A stretch of 64,000 bases of DNA from an uncultured Gemmatimonadales bacterium (GTDB lineage Bacteria > Gemmatimonadota > Gemmatimonadetes > Gemmatimonadales > GWC2-71-9). The notes beneath the pieces were generated by a model. It was not told the origin of the DNA, made no database searches, and worked only from the letters and a program-made list of their open reading frames with translations. Shown piece by piece: positions 44,665 through 54,724 of this stretch; within the stretch, counting starts at the first letter, position 1, and each line of letters begins with the position of its first letter. The stretch is taken from assembly GCA_963730185.1 (NCBI GenBank), contig CAVSQW010000008.1, positions 384,001 to 448,000 of the forward strand, in the 5' to 3' direction. Made by a program: the position numbers and the translations under genes.

Positions 44665-47448
44665 TCACGGCGTTTTGGCACTGCCCTCCGGGTCGTACCG
44701 AGCCGCCTCGTCCGGTCGACCCCACTTCAGGTAGAGCCGTCTCAGGTCGTTCGCGGCGTGAAGGGTGAAGCGATTGTCTGGTCCCCAGGCGGCCAACATC
44801 TCCCGATAGCCGGCGACCAGCAGCGATTCCGCGGCCGCGAAATGGCCCATCGCGCCCTCGCACTCTCCGAGCAGGATCCGGGGGCGGACCCGGTCGGCGA
44901 TGTTCTCGGGGAGCAGCGCGTCGCGCCGGAGCTGGATTGCCCTCTTGAAGAGCGGAATGCCGTTGGGACAGTCGCCGGAACGGGCCAGCACCTCGCCGTG
45001 GTCCACCAGCGTCGTCGACACCCGTGGCGTGCCTCGCCAGGCCGAGTCCAGCACGGGCACCGCCCTCCGGTAGAGGGAGTCGGCGCGGGGCAGGTTGCCT
45101 CGGAGGAGTTCGGTGTAGGCGAGGTTGGTCATGGTCACCGCGGTGCTCGGGTTTCGGGGACCGAGCGCGGCCGTGAAGCGGGAGACGGCGGAATCGTAGA
45201 GTGCCGCGGCCTCGTCCAGGCGTCCCTCGTGCTGGATGATCCCCGCCATGTCCGCCGTCGCGATCATGACCGCCAGGCTCGTGTCGCCGTGGAGGAGTCG
45301 CTGCTGCGCGAGGGATGCTCGGAAGAGTGATTCGGCGGTGGCGGATTGTCCCAAGGCGTCTCGCGCTCGCGCGAGCATAGCCAGACCTGCGGCCAGGTCC
45401 GGGTGGGGGCCGGAGAACACTCGGCGCTGGATCGCGATCGCCCGCTCGATCAGGGGCGCGGCCGAGTCCGCGGCGCCGCGTTCGAGCAACGCCCGGGCGA
45501 CGTCCGTCATCGTCCCGGCGACGAGGGGGTGATCGGGGCCGAGGCTGGCTTCGCGCCGGGCCAGGGCGTCGCGCCAATACCGCTCGGCGGTCTCCCAGTC
45601 GCCGCGGTTGGTCGCCAGGTACCCGAGGTTCACGATGAGCTGGTCGATCGGCTGGCCGAGGTCGTCGTCCAGGGTCCGGCCGATGGCGAGTGACTCTTCG
45701 TACGCGGCCCGCGCGGCGGCATCGTCTCCCGCGACTTGCCGGGCGTATCCGTACCCTCTCAGGACCAGCGCGAGCTCGGCGCGCCGACCGTGCCCGAGCC
45801 GGCGGGCCGCACGCAGCGCCTCGCCCAGGGTGGCCTGCGCGGCGGGGTCTGCGCGAGCCTCGGCCTGCCAGACGCCGAGGAGGGTGAGCATCGCGAGCCG
45901 GGTGGAGTCTTGGCGCGAGGTGGCCCGGCGGATCGTCCCGACGGCGTCGGTCAGGAGCGCCACGCTCCGCGCCCTGCGGCCCAGGTTGCGGTAGGCTCGG
46001 GCGATCACCTCGAGCAGCCGGGCCTTGACCACGGGGCTGGCCGTGAGCCCGGTCCGCACCCGCTCGGCCCCCCGGTCGAGCACGTCGCCCACCCTGACGG
46101 TGTCCCCTTGGGTTTCCGTAGGGTCAGCGCCCGCGAAAATCTCCTGCAGCAGGTCCGCCACCTGCTCGGCCTGGATCCGCTGCGCCGCCACCCGGCGGGA
46201 CGTCCGGGTCGCCAGCACCCCGTATCCGAGGGCCGCCACCAGGAGGAGCCCGGCCACCCCGGTGCCAGCCCGATGCCGGTGCACGAACTTCCCGATCCGG
46301 TAGGGCAGGGTGGCCGGCCGGGCCTGGACCGGCAGCCCCTCACGGTGCCGACGGACGTCGGCGCCGAGCTGCTCGGCGGTCGCATAGCGGCGGTCGGGCT
46401 CCAGCCGAGTGGCCTTACGGACGATGTTGTCGAGGTCGCCGGCGAGCGAGCGCCGCAACCGCTCCGGGGTCGTGCGACGAGCCTCGGCGATCGCGGCCGC
46501 GGCCGGAGAGGAGCGCTGACGCCGGCGCGCCACGGCGAGCGACGGCTTCGGGACCTCGCGCTCGGGACCGGGCGGCTGGGCGTCGCCGCTCGGGTGCGGC
46601 TCCTCACCGGTCAGAAGCTCGAACAGCAGAGCCCCGAGCTGATAAACGTCGCTCGCCGTCGTGATCGGGCCCCCGCGGAGCTGCTCCGGCGAGGCGTATT
46701 GGGGCGTCATCAACCGGAGGCCCGAGACGGTCACCGGTCCGCGGGCGCCGCCCGAGTCGTCGAGCAGCTTCGCGATGCCGAAGTCCAGCAGGCGGGGCTC
46801 GCCGTCGGCCGTCACCAGGATGTTGGTCGGCTTGAGGTCGCGGTGCACGATCAGGTGGCGGTGCGCGTAGGCGACCGCGTCGCAGACCTGCTCGAACAGG
46901 CGAAGGCGCTCGTCGACCGTCGATCGCTCGCCGTCGGAATAGCGGTCGATCGGGAGTCCCGGCACGTACTCCATCGCGAACCAGGGGGTGCCGTCCTCGG
47001 CCACTCCCGCGTCGAGCAGTCGCGCGATCCGGGGGTGCTCCAGCTGCGCCAGGAGCCGCCGTTCATGGAGGAACCGGTTGATCCGCTCGGGCTCGGCCAG
47101 ACCACCCGCCACCAGCTTGAGGGCGGCCTGCTTGCCGACGTCCTCGCGCTCCGCCAGGCAAACGATGCCCATCCCGCCCTGCCCGAGCATCTCGACCACG
47201 GTGTACGGCCCGAGTCGCCGACCGACCAGCGAGGGTGGCGGCCCCTCGCTGACGGCCGCGGCTAGCTCGTCGGGGGCGGCGTCCAGCAGCGGGGCCGCGC
47301 CCGCGTCGGCCTGGAGCATCGCCGTGACCTGTCTGCGGAGCGCCTCGTCGCCGGCGGCCTCGGCGGCGACGAAGGCCGTCCGTTCGGCCGCCGGGCGCTC
47401 GAGCGCCCGGGCGAAGAGATCCATCGGATCCGGCCGGGGCCGGGTCAT
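44665..47448 (-). CDS. Membrane Ser/Thr protein kinase with C-terminal TPR repeats
   Basis: GQGGMG, HRDLKPTN, DFG, YASPEQ, GDLDNIV; TM segment (VAGLLLVAALGYGVL); TPR repeats of the GPDHPLVA type. Confidence 0.92.
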   Translation of the reverse strand: MTRPRPDPMDLFARALERPAAERTAFVAAEAAGDEALRRQVTAMLQADAGAAPLLDAAPDELAAAVSEGPPPSLVGRRLGPYTVVEMLGQGGMGIVCLAEREDVGKQAALKLVAGGLAEPERINRFLHERRLLAQLEHPRIARLLDAGVAEDGTPWFAMEYVPGLPIDRYSDGERSTVDERLRLFEQVCDAVAYAHRHLIVHRDLKPTNILVTADGEPRLLDFGIAKLLDDSGGARGPVTVSGLRLMTPQYASPEQLRGGPITTASDVYQLGALLFELLTGEEPHPSGDAQPPGPEREVPKPSLAVARRRQRSSPAAAAIAEARRTTPERLRRSLAGDLDNIVRKATRLEPDRRYATAEQLGADVRRHREGLPVQARPATLPYRIGKFVHRHRAGTGVAGLLLVAALGYGVLATRTSRRVAAQRIQAEQVADLLQEIFAGADPTETQGDTVRVGDVLDRGAERVRTGLTASPVVKARLLEVIARAYRNLGRRARSVALLTDAVGTIRRATSRQDSTRLAMLTLLGVWQAEARADPAAQATLGEALRAARRLGHGRRAELALVLRGYGYARQVAGDDAAARAAYEESLAIGRTLDDDLGQPIDQLIVNLGYLATNRGDWETAERYWRDALARREASLGPDHPLVAGTMTDVARALLERGAADSAAPLIERAIAIQRRVFSGPHPDLAAGLAMLARARDALGQSATAESLFRASLAQQRLLHGDTSLAVMIATADMAGIIQHEGRLDEAAALYDSAVSRFTAALGPRNPSTAVTMTNLAYTELLRGNLPRADSLYRRAVPVLDSAWRGTPRVSTTLVDHGEVLARSGDCPNGIPLFKRAIQLRRDALLPENIADRVRPRILLGECEGAMGHFAAAESLLVAGYREMLAAWGPDNRFTLHAANDLRRLYLKWGRPDEAARYDPEGSAKTP

Positions 47449-48008
47449 CGATCGCGTCCCAGCTCGACCGCCAGCCAGGCTCGCGCGGCGCGCCAGTCGC
47501 GCTCCACGGTCGGTCGGGAGACGCCCAGAACCTCGGCCGTCTCGTCGGCCGTCAGCCCGGCGAAGATCCGTTGCTCGACCACACTCGCCCGGCGGGGATC
47601 CGCGGCCTGGAGTCGGTCGAGCGCTTCGTCGAGCGCCAGGAGCTGTTCCGGCCGCAACGGCGCCTGGTAGGCGGACTCGTCCAGCGAGACATCGGGAAGG
47701 CGGCCGCCGCGCTTCTGGGCGACCTGACGACGCGCGGCATCCACCAGCACCTGGCGGATGGCTCGCGCGGCCAGCGCGAAGAAGTGGGCCCGGCTCTTCA
47801 CCTCGAGCGATTCGGCCGCCGACAGCTTGAGGTAGGCCTCGTGGACCAGGGCGGTGGTGTTGAGCGTGTCGCTGGGGCGCTCGCCGCGGATCCGGTGGGC
47901 CAGCCGCTTGAGCTCGGAATAGACCCGCGAGAAGAGCGCGTCGAGCGCCGGGGCGCGGGCGGTCAAACGAGTCGTCGGGTCTGGGTGGTGGGGTTGGCTG
48001 CGGTCCAC
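47445..48008 (-). CDS. ECF sigma factor, TIGR02999-like kinase-associated type
   Basis: GGAGG then GTG 48008; VYSELKRLAH, TLNTTALVHEAYLKL, RQVLVDAAR..KRGG, TVERDWRAARAWL; 4-bp overlap with the kinase gene. Confidence 0.9.
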   Translation of the reverse strand: MDRSQPHHPDPTTRLTARAPALDALFSRVYSELKRLAHRIRGERPSDTLNTTALVHEAYLKLSAAESLEVKSRAHFFALAARAIRQVLVDAARRQVAQKRGGRLPDVSLDESAYQAPLRPEQLLALDEALDRLQAADPRRASVVEQRIFAGLTADETAEVLGVSRPTVERDWRAARAWLAVELGRDR

Positions 48009-48192
48009 GGCACAGCCTCCTGGCGCGGGTAAGGCCGGGTGGCGTCTTCGGCTAAGATCCGCCCTCACGGGGGAGATCGCAACACCCGCGTCCCGGTCCT
48101 GATGGGTTCCGCTCTCCAATTGCGTGAGGTCCAAGTGAGCCGCCGCTCGACCCCCGAGTCCGCGGCTCCCAGCTCACCAACCGGGAGGGACC

Positions 48193-48732
48193 ATGTTACT
48201 CCGCCTCGGCCCGTTGCTCGAAGCTCTTGGCATCGCCGCGGTGTTCGCCGTGGGGTTGCCGGGGTCCGGCGTTCGGGCCCAATCATACCCCAAGCTCCTC
48301 ACCAACGGCGGCGGCCTAGCCCTCACCAAGCTGGGCATCCAGGAACAGGTCGGCGGTCGGTGGGGTGCCACGCCGTCGCTCCGGCCCGGGGCGAAGTATC
48401 GGCTCCAGGCCCGCTTTACGAACTTCTTCCAGAACGTGTACTCGTACGGCAACCACGTTCGCGACGTCATTCGCCTGAGTTACGAGGTGCAACTCCCGGG
48501 CGCGACATTCTATCCGACGGCTTCGTACTCGGGGTCCGGGGTGGCGAAGTTCGCCCAGGGCTACGACCCGGCCGGCCTGGGACCGACCCGGTCGAAATCC
48601 TTCTACCACTACTTCACCTGGTCCGGCCCTCCGATGCCGCTGTTCAACCTCAGCCTCCAGGTCACCATGACCGGGTCGGAGGTCGTCGATCTGGCCCGCC
48701 AGAGCGCCCCGATCAAGCCCAGCAGCCCGTGA
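48193..48732 (+). CDS. Secreted hypothetical protein, beta-rich, 179 aa
   Basis: GGAGG upstream; signal peptide ending VRA|Q; aromatic-rich alternating strands. Confidence 0.72.
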   Translation: MLLRLGPLLEALGIAAVFAVGLPGSGVRAQSYPKLLTNGGGLALTKLGIQEQVGGRWGATPSLRPGAKYRLQARFTNFFQNVYSYGNHVRDVIRLSYEVQLPGATFYPTASYSGSGVAKFAQGYDPAGLGPTRSKSFYHYFTWSGPPMPLFNLSLQVTMTGSEVVDLARQSAPIKPSSP

Positions 48733-50855
48733 CGACGGAAGCCGAGGCGCGAATCGTGCGCATGCCCAGGCTGGCCTGGTCCATTCGAGCCCTCGGGTCG
48801 ATCTGGCTGGCGACCGGGCCGGCGACTGTGCTCGGCGCTCAGTCCGGGTCGGCTGATCCGACGATCGAGCCCGGGTGGCCGGTCGACCGGTTCGTGTCAG
48901 GCCGCTCTCCGCTCGAGCTCACGCTGAGTCGGCCGCTCCGCGGTGGGGTCGAGCGGATCGCGTTGGTGATCGGCACGACCGACGTATCCAGTCTGGTCTC
49001 GATTCGGGGTACCCGCGTCCGGTACCGGCCCACCGCGCTCCGACTCCCGAGCGGCGAGACCGAGGTGGTAGCCTCGCTGGTCGACAGCACCGGCGCCTGG
49101 CGCGAGTTGGGGCGGTTTCCGCTCCGGGTTCGGAGCCGGCTGGGGCTCGACCAGGGACGGGTGCTTCCCAGCGTCGACCTGAGCAGCACCGGTCAGCTGG
49201 ACCAGGGTGGCACCGACCCAACGCCGGTCGCCCGGCGAACCTATCAGGACGTGACCGTGCGGGCCGGGCTCGAAACCTCGGCCGCGCGCGGCGGCTGGCG
49301 AATCGAGGCCACCGGCAATGCGTTGGGCGTGACCGAGGCGAGCCAACGCCTCCGCTTCGCCGAGCGGCAGGATGGCGCTCCGGCGTTCGACCTCTCCGAC
49401 TACCGGGTCCAGGTCTCGCGCGGCGGGGCCCAGCTCGCCCTCGGCAACGTGTCCGCCGGGCAGAACCGCTATCTCATCGACGGCTTCGCCAGCCGGGGCG
49501 TGCGGGGCAGCGTGCCGTTGGGGCCGATCGCCCAGCTCGACGCCGCAGTGCTCAACGGGACCAACGTGGTCGGTTGGAACAACCTCCTGGGCTTCACCGC
49601 GCCCGACCACCGGATGGCCACTGTGCGGCTGGGTCTCGAGCTGGTCCCCAGCCGCCCCGGCGGCGTGCACGTCGACCTCTCGGGTCTGGACGGGTCGCTG
49701 CTTCCCGAGAGTGGTTACCAGCAGGGAGCGGCCACCGACGCCGAGGAAAGTCGAGGCGTGGGCGTCCAGGTGGCGCTCAGCGACGCCCGCCAGCGGATCC
49801 GGTTCACCGGCGGCATCGCCCGGTCGCGGTTCCTCAATCCGACCGATCCATTGCTCGCGGGCGACACCACGATCGTATCCGTGCGGCCGACCACTCGGAC
49901 CGCGCGCTTCGGTGAGCTCGACCTGCAGCTGCTCCAGGACGTCGCCGTGACCGGTGCGATCCGAACCTCCCTCGGTGTCGCCCTCCATCACGAACGGGTC
50001 GATCCGCTCTACCGGAGCGTCGGAGCCTCTGTCCAGTCCGACCTGCAATCGAACGGACTCGACCTCAACGGCGGGTTCGGGGCGCTGGCCTTGCAAGGGT
50101 CGATTGCGAGCAGCCGCGACAACCTCGCCGATCTGCCCTCGGTGCTCACCACCAGGACCCGAAACCAATCCATCAATGGGTCGTTGCCACTCGGCTCGCT
50201 GTTCCAGTCCTCGGGGGCCTGGTACTGGCCGGTGGTCACCGCGGGCTGGCAACGGGTCCGCCAGGCGGGGGCGGGCCTGCCGACCGACGGTGGCTTCTCG
50301 GATTCGCACGTCCCGGATCAGTGGAGCACGGTCCAGACGGCGAGCCTGGCCTGGACGCGCGGCACCTGGAGCCTCGGCTACCGCTGGAATCAGTCGGTCC
50401 AGGACAACCGGCAGCCGGGTCGGGAGCAGGCCGATTTCCGCGGCACCGTCCATGGCTTGACCCTGGGGCTCTCGCCGTCGCCGCGATGGTCCTCGAGCCT
50501 CGATCTGAGCGTCGAACGCCAGAAGAGCTTCGAGTCGGGCACCACCCAGCGGCTCGAGCGGCTGGGGGGCTCACTGCAGTGGCAGCCGGGGAACGCGACT
50601 TCGGTCACGGGATCGGTCTCGCAGAGCTGGGGACGGGATCCGTCGGCCGAGCAGCGGACCCGGAACACCGAGCTTCAAGTCGAGGTGTCGCAGGGACTCA
50701 CGCTCTATCGCCGGCCGGAGAGCGGATCGCAGGGACGCCTCTTCGTCCGGTTCGCCCGTACCCGTGCTGCGCTCCTGCCGTTCGCCCCGCCGAGCCTGGT
50801 GGCGCCGCGCATCTTCTGGACCCTGAATGCCGGCGGCTCGATCCGCCTCTACTGA
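48729..50855 (+). CDS. Hypothetical outer-membrane beta-barrel-like protein with N-terminal Ig-like domain
   Basis: GTG 48729 (or ATG 48762); signal ending LGA|Q; many amphipathic strands; C-terminal TLNAGGSIRLY with terminal aromatic residue. Confidence 0.72.
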   Translation: MTTEAEARIVRMPRLAWSIRALGSIWLATGPATVLGAQSGSADPTIEPGWPVDRFVSGRSPLELTLSRPLRGGVERIALVIGTTDVSSLVSIRGTRVRYRPTALRLPSGETEVVASLVDSTGAWRELGRFPLRVRSRLGLDQGRVLPSVDLSSTGQLDQGGTDPTPVARRTYQDVTVRAGLETSAARGGWRIEATGNALGVTEASQRLRFAERQDGAPAFDLSDYRVQVSRGGAQLALGNVSAGQNRYLIDGFASRGVRGSVPLGPIAQLDAAVLNGTNVVGWNNLLGFTAPDHRMATVRLGLELVPSRPGGVHVDLSGLDGSLLPESGYQQGAATDAEESRGVGVQVALSDARQRIRFTGGIARSRFLNPTDPLLAGDTTIVSVRPTTRTARFGELDLQLLQDVAVTGAIRTSLGVALHHERVDPLYRSVGASVQSDLQSNGLDLNGGFGALALQGSIASSRDNLADLPSVLTTRTRNQSINGSLPLGSLFQSSGAWYWPVVTAGWQRVRQAGAGLPTDGGFSDSHVPDQWSTVQTASLAWTRGTWSLGYRWNQSVQDNRQPGREQADFRGTVHGLTLGLSPSPRWSSSLDLSVERQKSFESGTTQRLERLGGSLQWQPGNATSVTGSVSQSWGRDPSAEQRTRNTELQVEVSQGLTLYRRPESGSQGRLFVRFARTRAALLPFAPPSLVAPRIFWTLNAGGSIRLY

Positions 50856-50860
50856 CGACC

Positions 50861-52132
50861 ATGCGAACACCGTCCCGCGCTGCCCTCGCCGTCTGGCTCA
50901 TCCTCGGGTCGTGGTCGGCCGCCCGAGCTCAGATCCGGGTCAATCCGACCGGGGTCAACGTCAACGCGCAGGGGGCGACGACCGTCTTCCTCACCTTCGG
51001 CGGCGTTGCCGGGTACCAGGCCGTTGAGGCGCTCTGGTGTGGGGAGCTCATTCCGGCCTCGCCCGCGATCGGTCAGCGGTGCGACCCCGCCACGATCTTC
51101 GGGTCACTCCCCCTTCGCTACGACTTGGCGGTCCCCAGCGGGACCGGCGCGCTGACCGACATCATGACCATCCCGCCTTCCGTGTCACGCCGTGCCTATC
51201 AGGCGGCCGAGGTCGGGGCGGTCTCCTCGTTCTTCTACGTGCGTCGGTTCCGAAGCCTGCTGGGCGGGCCGGATCAGTACGTGGCCGTCACCTGTCGAAT
51301 GACCGGAGGGGGCGCCCGGACGCCGCTCTCGCTCACCGACGTCCGGGTCGAGTTCATCCCTCAGGCTACGGTCCTCGAAGTGGCCGAGGGCGAGAGGCCG
51401 CCCGCCTGGGAGGCGAAGATCGCGTACACCGGCACCGGCCGTCTCATGGGGCGGTGGGAGATCGTCCTGCCCGGCGAAGATCTGCCGACGACCGAAGACC
51501 TCCTCACCGAAGCCAGCCTGCCGGTGGAGCGACGAGCCGGTCAACGACGCTACACCCAGCTGAGCCGGTTCAACCTCTTCCTGCCGCCCACCGGACGGGT
51601 TGTTCTGCCGGGTCCCGATCCCGGTCGGCTCCCGACCGCCGTCGATGGCGTGTACTACCTCCTGCTTCGGGTGGAAGCGACGGAGGACAAGGAAGGCGAT
51701 TCGGATCTGGGAGCGGTCGGGGCGGGGACCGGCGTGGTGGCCGGCGGGGCCGTGGCCGGGTTCCCGATGCCGGTGCTCCGTTACATGGTCGGGAGCGGCC
51801 AGCCGGTCGTGGCCGACTTTTCCTCGGAGCTCGGGGGCGTGACCTTGCTGGCGCCCGTCGCCGGGGCGTCCCTCGATCCGGCCGTTCCCCTCACCTTCAC
51901 CTGGCAGGTGCCCGACGGCGCCGCCGTCAGTCGGATCGAGATCGAAACGGCCGAGGGCGAACCCGTGCTCTCGGCCCTCGTCTCCGGCGCCGTCGCGGGT
52001 TACCGCGCTCCGCCCTGGCTGCTGGAGCGAGCCCAGCGCGCCGCCATCCGCTGGCGAGTGGTCGCCACCGACCCGGCGGGACGGGAGCTGGCCCGGAGCG
52101 CGTGGCGTCCGGGTCGATGGCGGGCGCCGTAG
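50861..52132 (+). CDS. Secreted hypothetical multidomain protein with C-terminal FN3-like domain
   Basis: Signal ending ARA|Q; IRVNPTGVNV..TTVFLTF; three Cys; C-terminal LLAP..LTFTW..WRVVA pattern. Confidence 0.72.
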   Translation: MRTPSRAALAVWLILGSWSAARAQIRVNPTGVNVNAQGATTVFLTFGGVAGYQAVEALWCGELIPASPAIGQRCDPATIFGSLPLRYDLAVPSGTGALTDIMTIPPSVSRRAYQAAEVGAVSSFFYVRRFRSLLGGPDQYVAVTCRMTGGGARTPLSLTDVRVEFIPQATVLEVAEGERPPAWEAKIAYTGTGRLMGRWEIVLPGEDLPTTEDLLTEASLPVERRAGQRRYTQLSRFNLFLPPTGRVVLPGPDPGRLPTAVDGVYYLLLRVEATEDKEGDSDLGAVGAGTGVVAGGAVAGFPMPVLRYMVGSGQPVVADFSSELGGVTLLAPVAGASLDPAVPLTFTWQVPDGAAVSRIEIETAEGEPVLSALVSGAVAGYRAPPWLLERAQRAAIRWRVVATDPAGRELARSAWRPGRWRAP

Positions 52133-52144
52133 CCTCGGGACGGT

Positions 52145-54025
52145 CTAGCCCTGCTTGCCCTCCCAGCCCGCGATTCCCTCCTCCAGCCACACGTGGTCGC
52201 GCTGGAGGACCCGCTGCGCCACCCGGTAGGTGAGGTCGTCCTCGTTCGCGAAGACCTCCTCGAACTTGACGGTCACTCGCCACGTCATGTTGCGGCAGAA
52301 GAGATCGGCCAGCTCCACCGGCCCGCGATTGCTTGGGTCCTTGGTCACCAGTCGCTGCGCCTTGGAGCACGCCGCGCTCATGGCGAAGAGATCGGCGCCG
52401 ATCTCCACCAGCCGGAAGAGCACCGCCTGCTTCTTCTCCAGCCGCGGGCCGAACCGGACCATGGCCTGGAACAGGGTGCGGGCCAGTCGGCGCGACGCCC
52501 GGTTCACGAACCGGAGGTGCGGGGCGAGCGGGCCGAACTCGGCGTAGCGGGGCCAGAGCGCCCAGCCGAAGAACTGCTTGGGGTACCACCAGGCGTAGAA
52601 GAGTCCAGCCTTGACCAGCGCCGCGAGCTTCTGGCCGGCCGACGTCTTCGGGTTGATCAGGTCACCGGCCACCTTGAGATGGGTGTCGACCGCTTCGCGG
52701 GCGATGAAGAGCCGCATGATCTCCGACGAGCCCTCGAAGATCAGATTGATCCGCGAGTCGCGCATGATCCGCTCGACCGGGTCGGGCCGGTCGCCGCGGG
52801 ACCGGAGGCTGTCGGCGGTCTCGTAGCCCCGGCCACCCTTGATCTGGACGGTGTCGTCGACGATCCGCCACCCGGCCTCCGAGTTCCACATCTTGGCGAT
52901 CGCCGCCTCGAGCCGGATGTCCGTCTTCGGGCGGTCGGCCAGGAGGGAGCAGAGATCGCTCACCGCCTCCATTGCGAATGTGTCCGCCGCCATCCTCCCG
53001 ATCTTCTGGGCAATGGCGTCGTGCTTGCCGATCGGCTGGCCCCATTGGGCCCGATCGGTCGCCCATTTCCGGGAGATTTCCAGACAGCGTTTGGCGGCGG
53101 TGACGCACGACGCCGGCAGCGCGAGCCGGCCGGTGTTGAGCGTGATCAGCGCCAGCTTGAGTCCCTTGCCCTCGCCCCAGAGCACGTTCTCGACCGGCAC
53201 CTTCACGTCGTGGAACCGGAGCAGCCCGTTCTCGAGGGCCCGGAGCCCCATGAAGTGGAGCCGCTGGTGCACCTCCACACCGGGCCAGTCGGTCTCGACG
53301 ATAAAGGCGGTGATCTTCTTCGGACCGGTCCGCGCCATCACCACGATCACGTCGGCGCAGGTGCCGTTGGTGCACCAGAGTTTTTCGCCGTTGAGGACCC
53401 AATGGGTGCCGTCGGGGCTCAGCTCCGCCGTGGTGGAGAGCCCCGCCGGGTCGGAGCCCACTCCCGTCTCGGTCAGGGCAAAGGCCGAGATCTGCCCCTG
53501 CGCCAGCCGGGGCAGGTACTTCTTCTTCTGCTCCGCGCTGCCGAACAGCTTGAGCGGCACCGGCACCCCGATCGACTGGCTGGCCGAGAGCAGCGCGGTG
53601 ACGTTGCCGCACAAGCTCGATACCATCGAGATCGCCCGGGTGTACATCAGCTGGCTCAGCCCCAGCCCGCCGTACTCCGCCGGGATCTTGATCCCGAACG
53701 CCCCCAGCTTCCGAAGCCCCTCCACCACGTCCGCCGGCACTTGGCCCTCCCGGTCGATCCGGTCGGCGTCGACGTGCTCCAGCATGAACGCTTCGAGGCG
53801 GTCCAGGAACGGTTGGGCCCGGGCCAGGTCCTCGGCGGTAGGCTCGGGGTACGGATGAATGAGGTCGAGCCGGAGATTGCCCTCGAACAGCTCCTTGACG
53901 AAGCTCGGATTCCACTCGGTCTCGCGGGCGGCCTCAGCGACCTCCCGGGCTTCCTGTTCCGATACCCGGGGTGCGTGGGCGGCTCCCGAAGCGGGGGTCT
54001 TGGGGGTCGGCGCGGTGGTGGTCAT
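52145..54025 (-). CDS. Acyl-CoA dehydrogenase (ACAD9/VLCAD-like)
   Basis: FGIKIPAEYGGLG, AFALTETGVGSD, NGEKLWCTNG, QIKGGRGY, IFEGSSEI. Confidence 0.92.
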   Translation of the reverse strand: MTTTAPTPKTPASGAAHAPRVSEQEAREVAEAARETEWNPSFVKELFEGNLRLDLIHPYPEPTAEDLARAQPFLDRLEAFMLEHVDADRIDREGQVPADVVEGLRKLGAFGIKIPAEYGGLGLSQLMYTRAISMVSSLCGNVTALLSASQSIGVPVPLKLFGSAEQKKKYLPRLAQGQISAFALTETGVGSDPAGLSTTAELSPDGTHWVLNGEKLWCTNGTCADVIVVMARTGPKKITAFIVETDWPGVEVHQRLHFMGLRALENGLLRFHDVKVPVENVLWGEGKGLKLALITLNTGRLALPASCVTAAKRCLEISRKWATDRAQWGQPIGKHDAIAQKIGRMAADTFAMEAVSDLCSLLADRPKTDIRLEAAIAKMWNSEAGWRIVDDTVQIKGGRGYETADSLRSRGDRPDPVERIMRDSRINLIFEGSSEIMRLFIAREAVDTHLKVAGDLINPKTSAGQKLAALVKAGLFYAWWYPKQFFGWALWPRYAEFGPLAPHLRFVNRASRRLARTLFQAMVRFGPRLEKKQAVLFRLVEIGADLFAMSAACSKAQRLVTKDPSNRGPVELADLFCRNMTWRVTVKFEEVFANEDDLTYRVAQRVLQRDHVWLEEGIAGWEGKQG

Positions 54026-54061
54026 CGGAGGTTCCTCGGCGAGGCGTTGGGGTCGGGGCGG

Positions 54062-54718
54062 TTAGCGGGCCAGGGCGGCACGGCGGGCCCGGAGCCATCC
54101 CAGCAGGAGCTCGGTCACGTGCTGCTTCCGGGTTTCGAAGAAATTGGGATCGTCGGCGTCGAGCCCGACCATCCGGGCCAGGGTGTCGCCGTGAATGTAG
54201 GGCGACCAAGTGAGCGCGATCAGGCTGAACAGGAGGTGCGCCGCGTCGGACTGCTCGCTCGGGTCGAAGTCGAGATCCTGGCTCAGGGCCGCGATCATCT
54301 CGCGGCCGGCCACCAGACCTAGCGGCACCTCGGCCACCGTACCCCGGCCGCTGAGCGCCTCGCGCTCGATCAGCTTGACGAAGGTCGGGCGCTCCGCCAC
54401 GAAGTCGAAATAGTCCGAAACGGCGCCGGCTAAGATCACCTCGGCAGGCTGGCCGCTCCGGAGTGCCCGCTCCCGGCCCTGACGCACCGCTGAGCGGATC
54501 TCCTCGAAGCAGCGCTCCAGAACGGCCCGGTGGAGGTCGGCCTTGGAGCCGAAGAAATAGCCCGGGGTTGCCCGGGATACACCGGCCGCCTTGCCGACCT
54601 GGGCCAGACTGGTCTCCTCGAATCCCTGCTCGGCAAACAGCCGCTCGGCCGCATCCAGGATCTGCTCCCGGGTACGGGCGGCGTTGCGTTCGCGGTCGCG
54701 GGGCGGAGAGGCTGCCAT
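54062..54718 (-). CDS. TetR/AcrR family transcriptional regulator
   Basis: TREQILDAAERLFAEQGFEETSL..AGVS...YFFGSKADL helix-turn-helix. Confidence 0.92.
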   Translation of the reverse strand: MAASPPRDRERNAARTREQILDAAERLFAEQGFEETSLAQVGKAAGVSRATPGYFFGSKADLHRAVLERCFEEIRSAVRQGRERALRSGQPAEVILAGAVSDYFDFVAERPTFVKLIEREALSGRGTVAEVPLGLVAGREMIAALSQDLDFDPSEQSDAAHLLFSLIALTWSPYIHGDTLARMVGLDADDPNFFETRKQHVTELLLGWLRARRAALAR

Positions 54719-54724
54719 GGCTCA

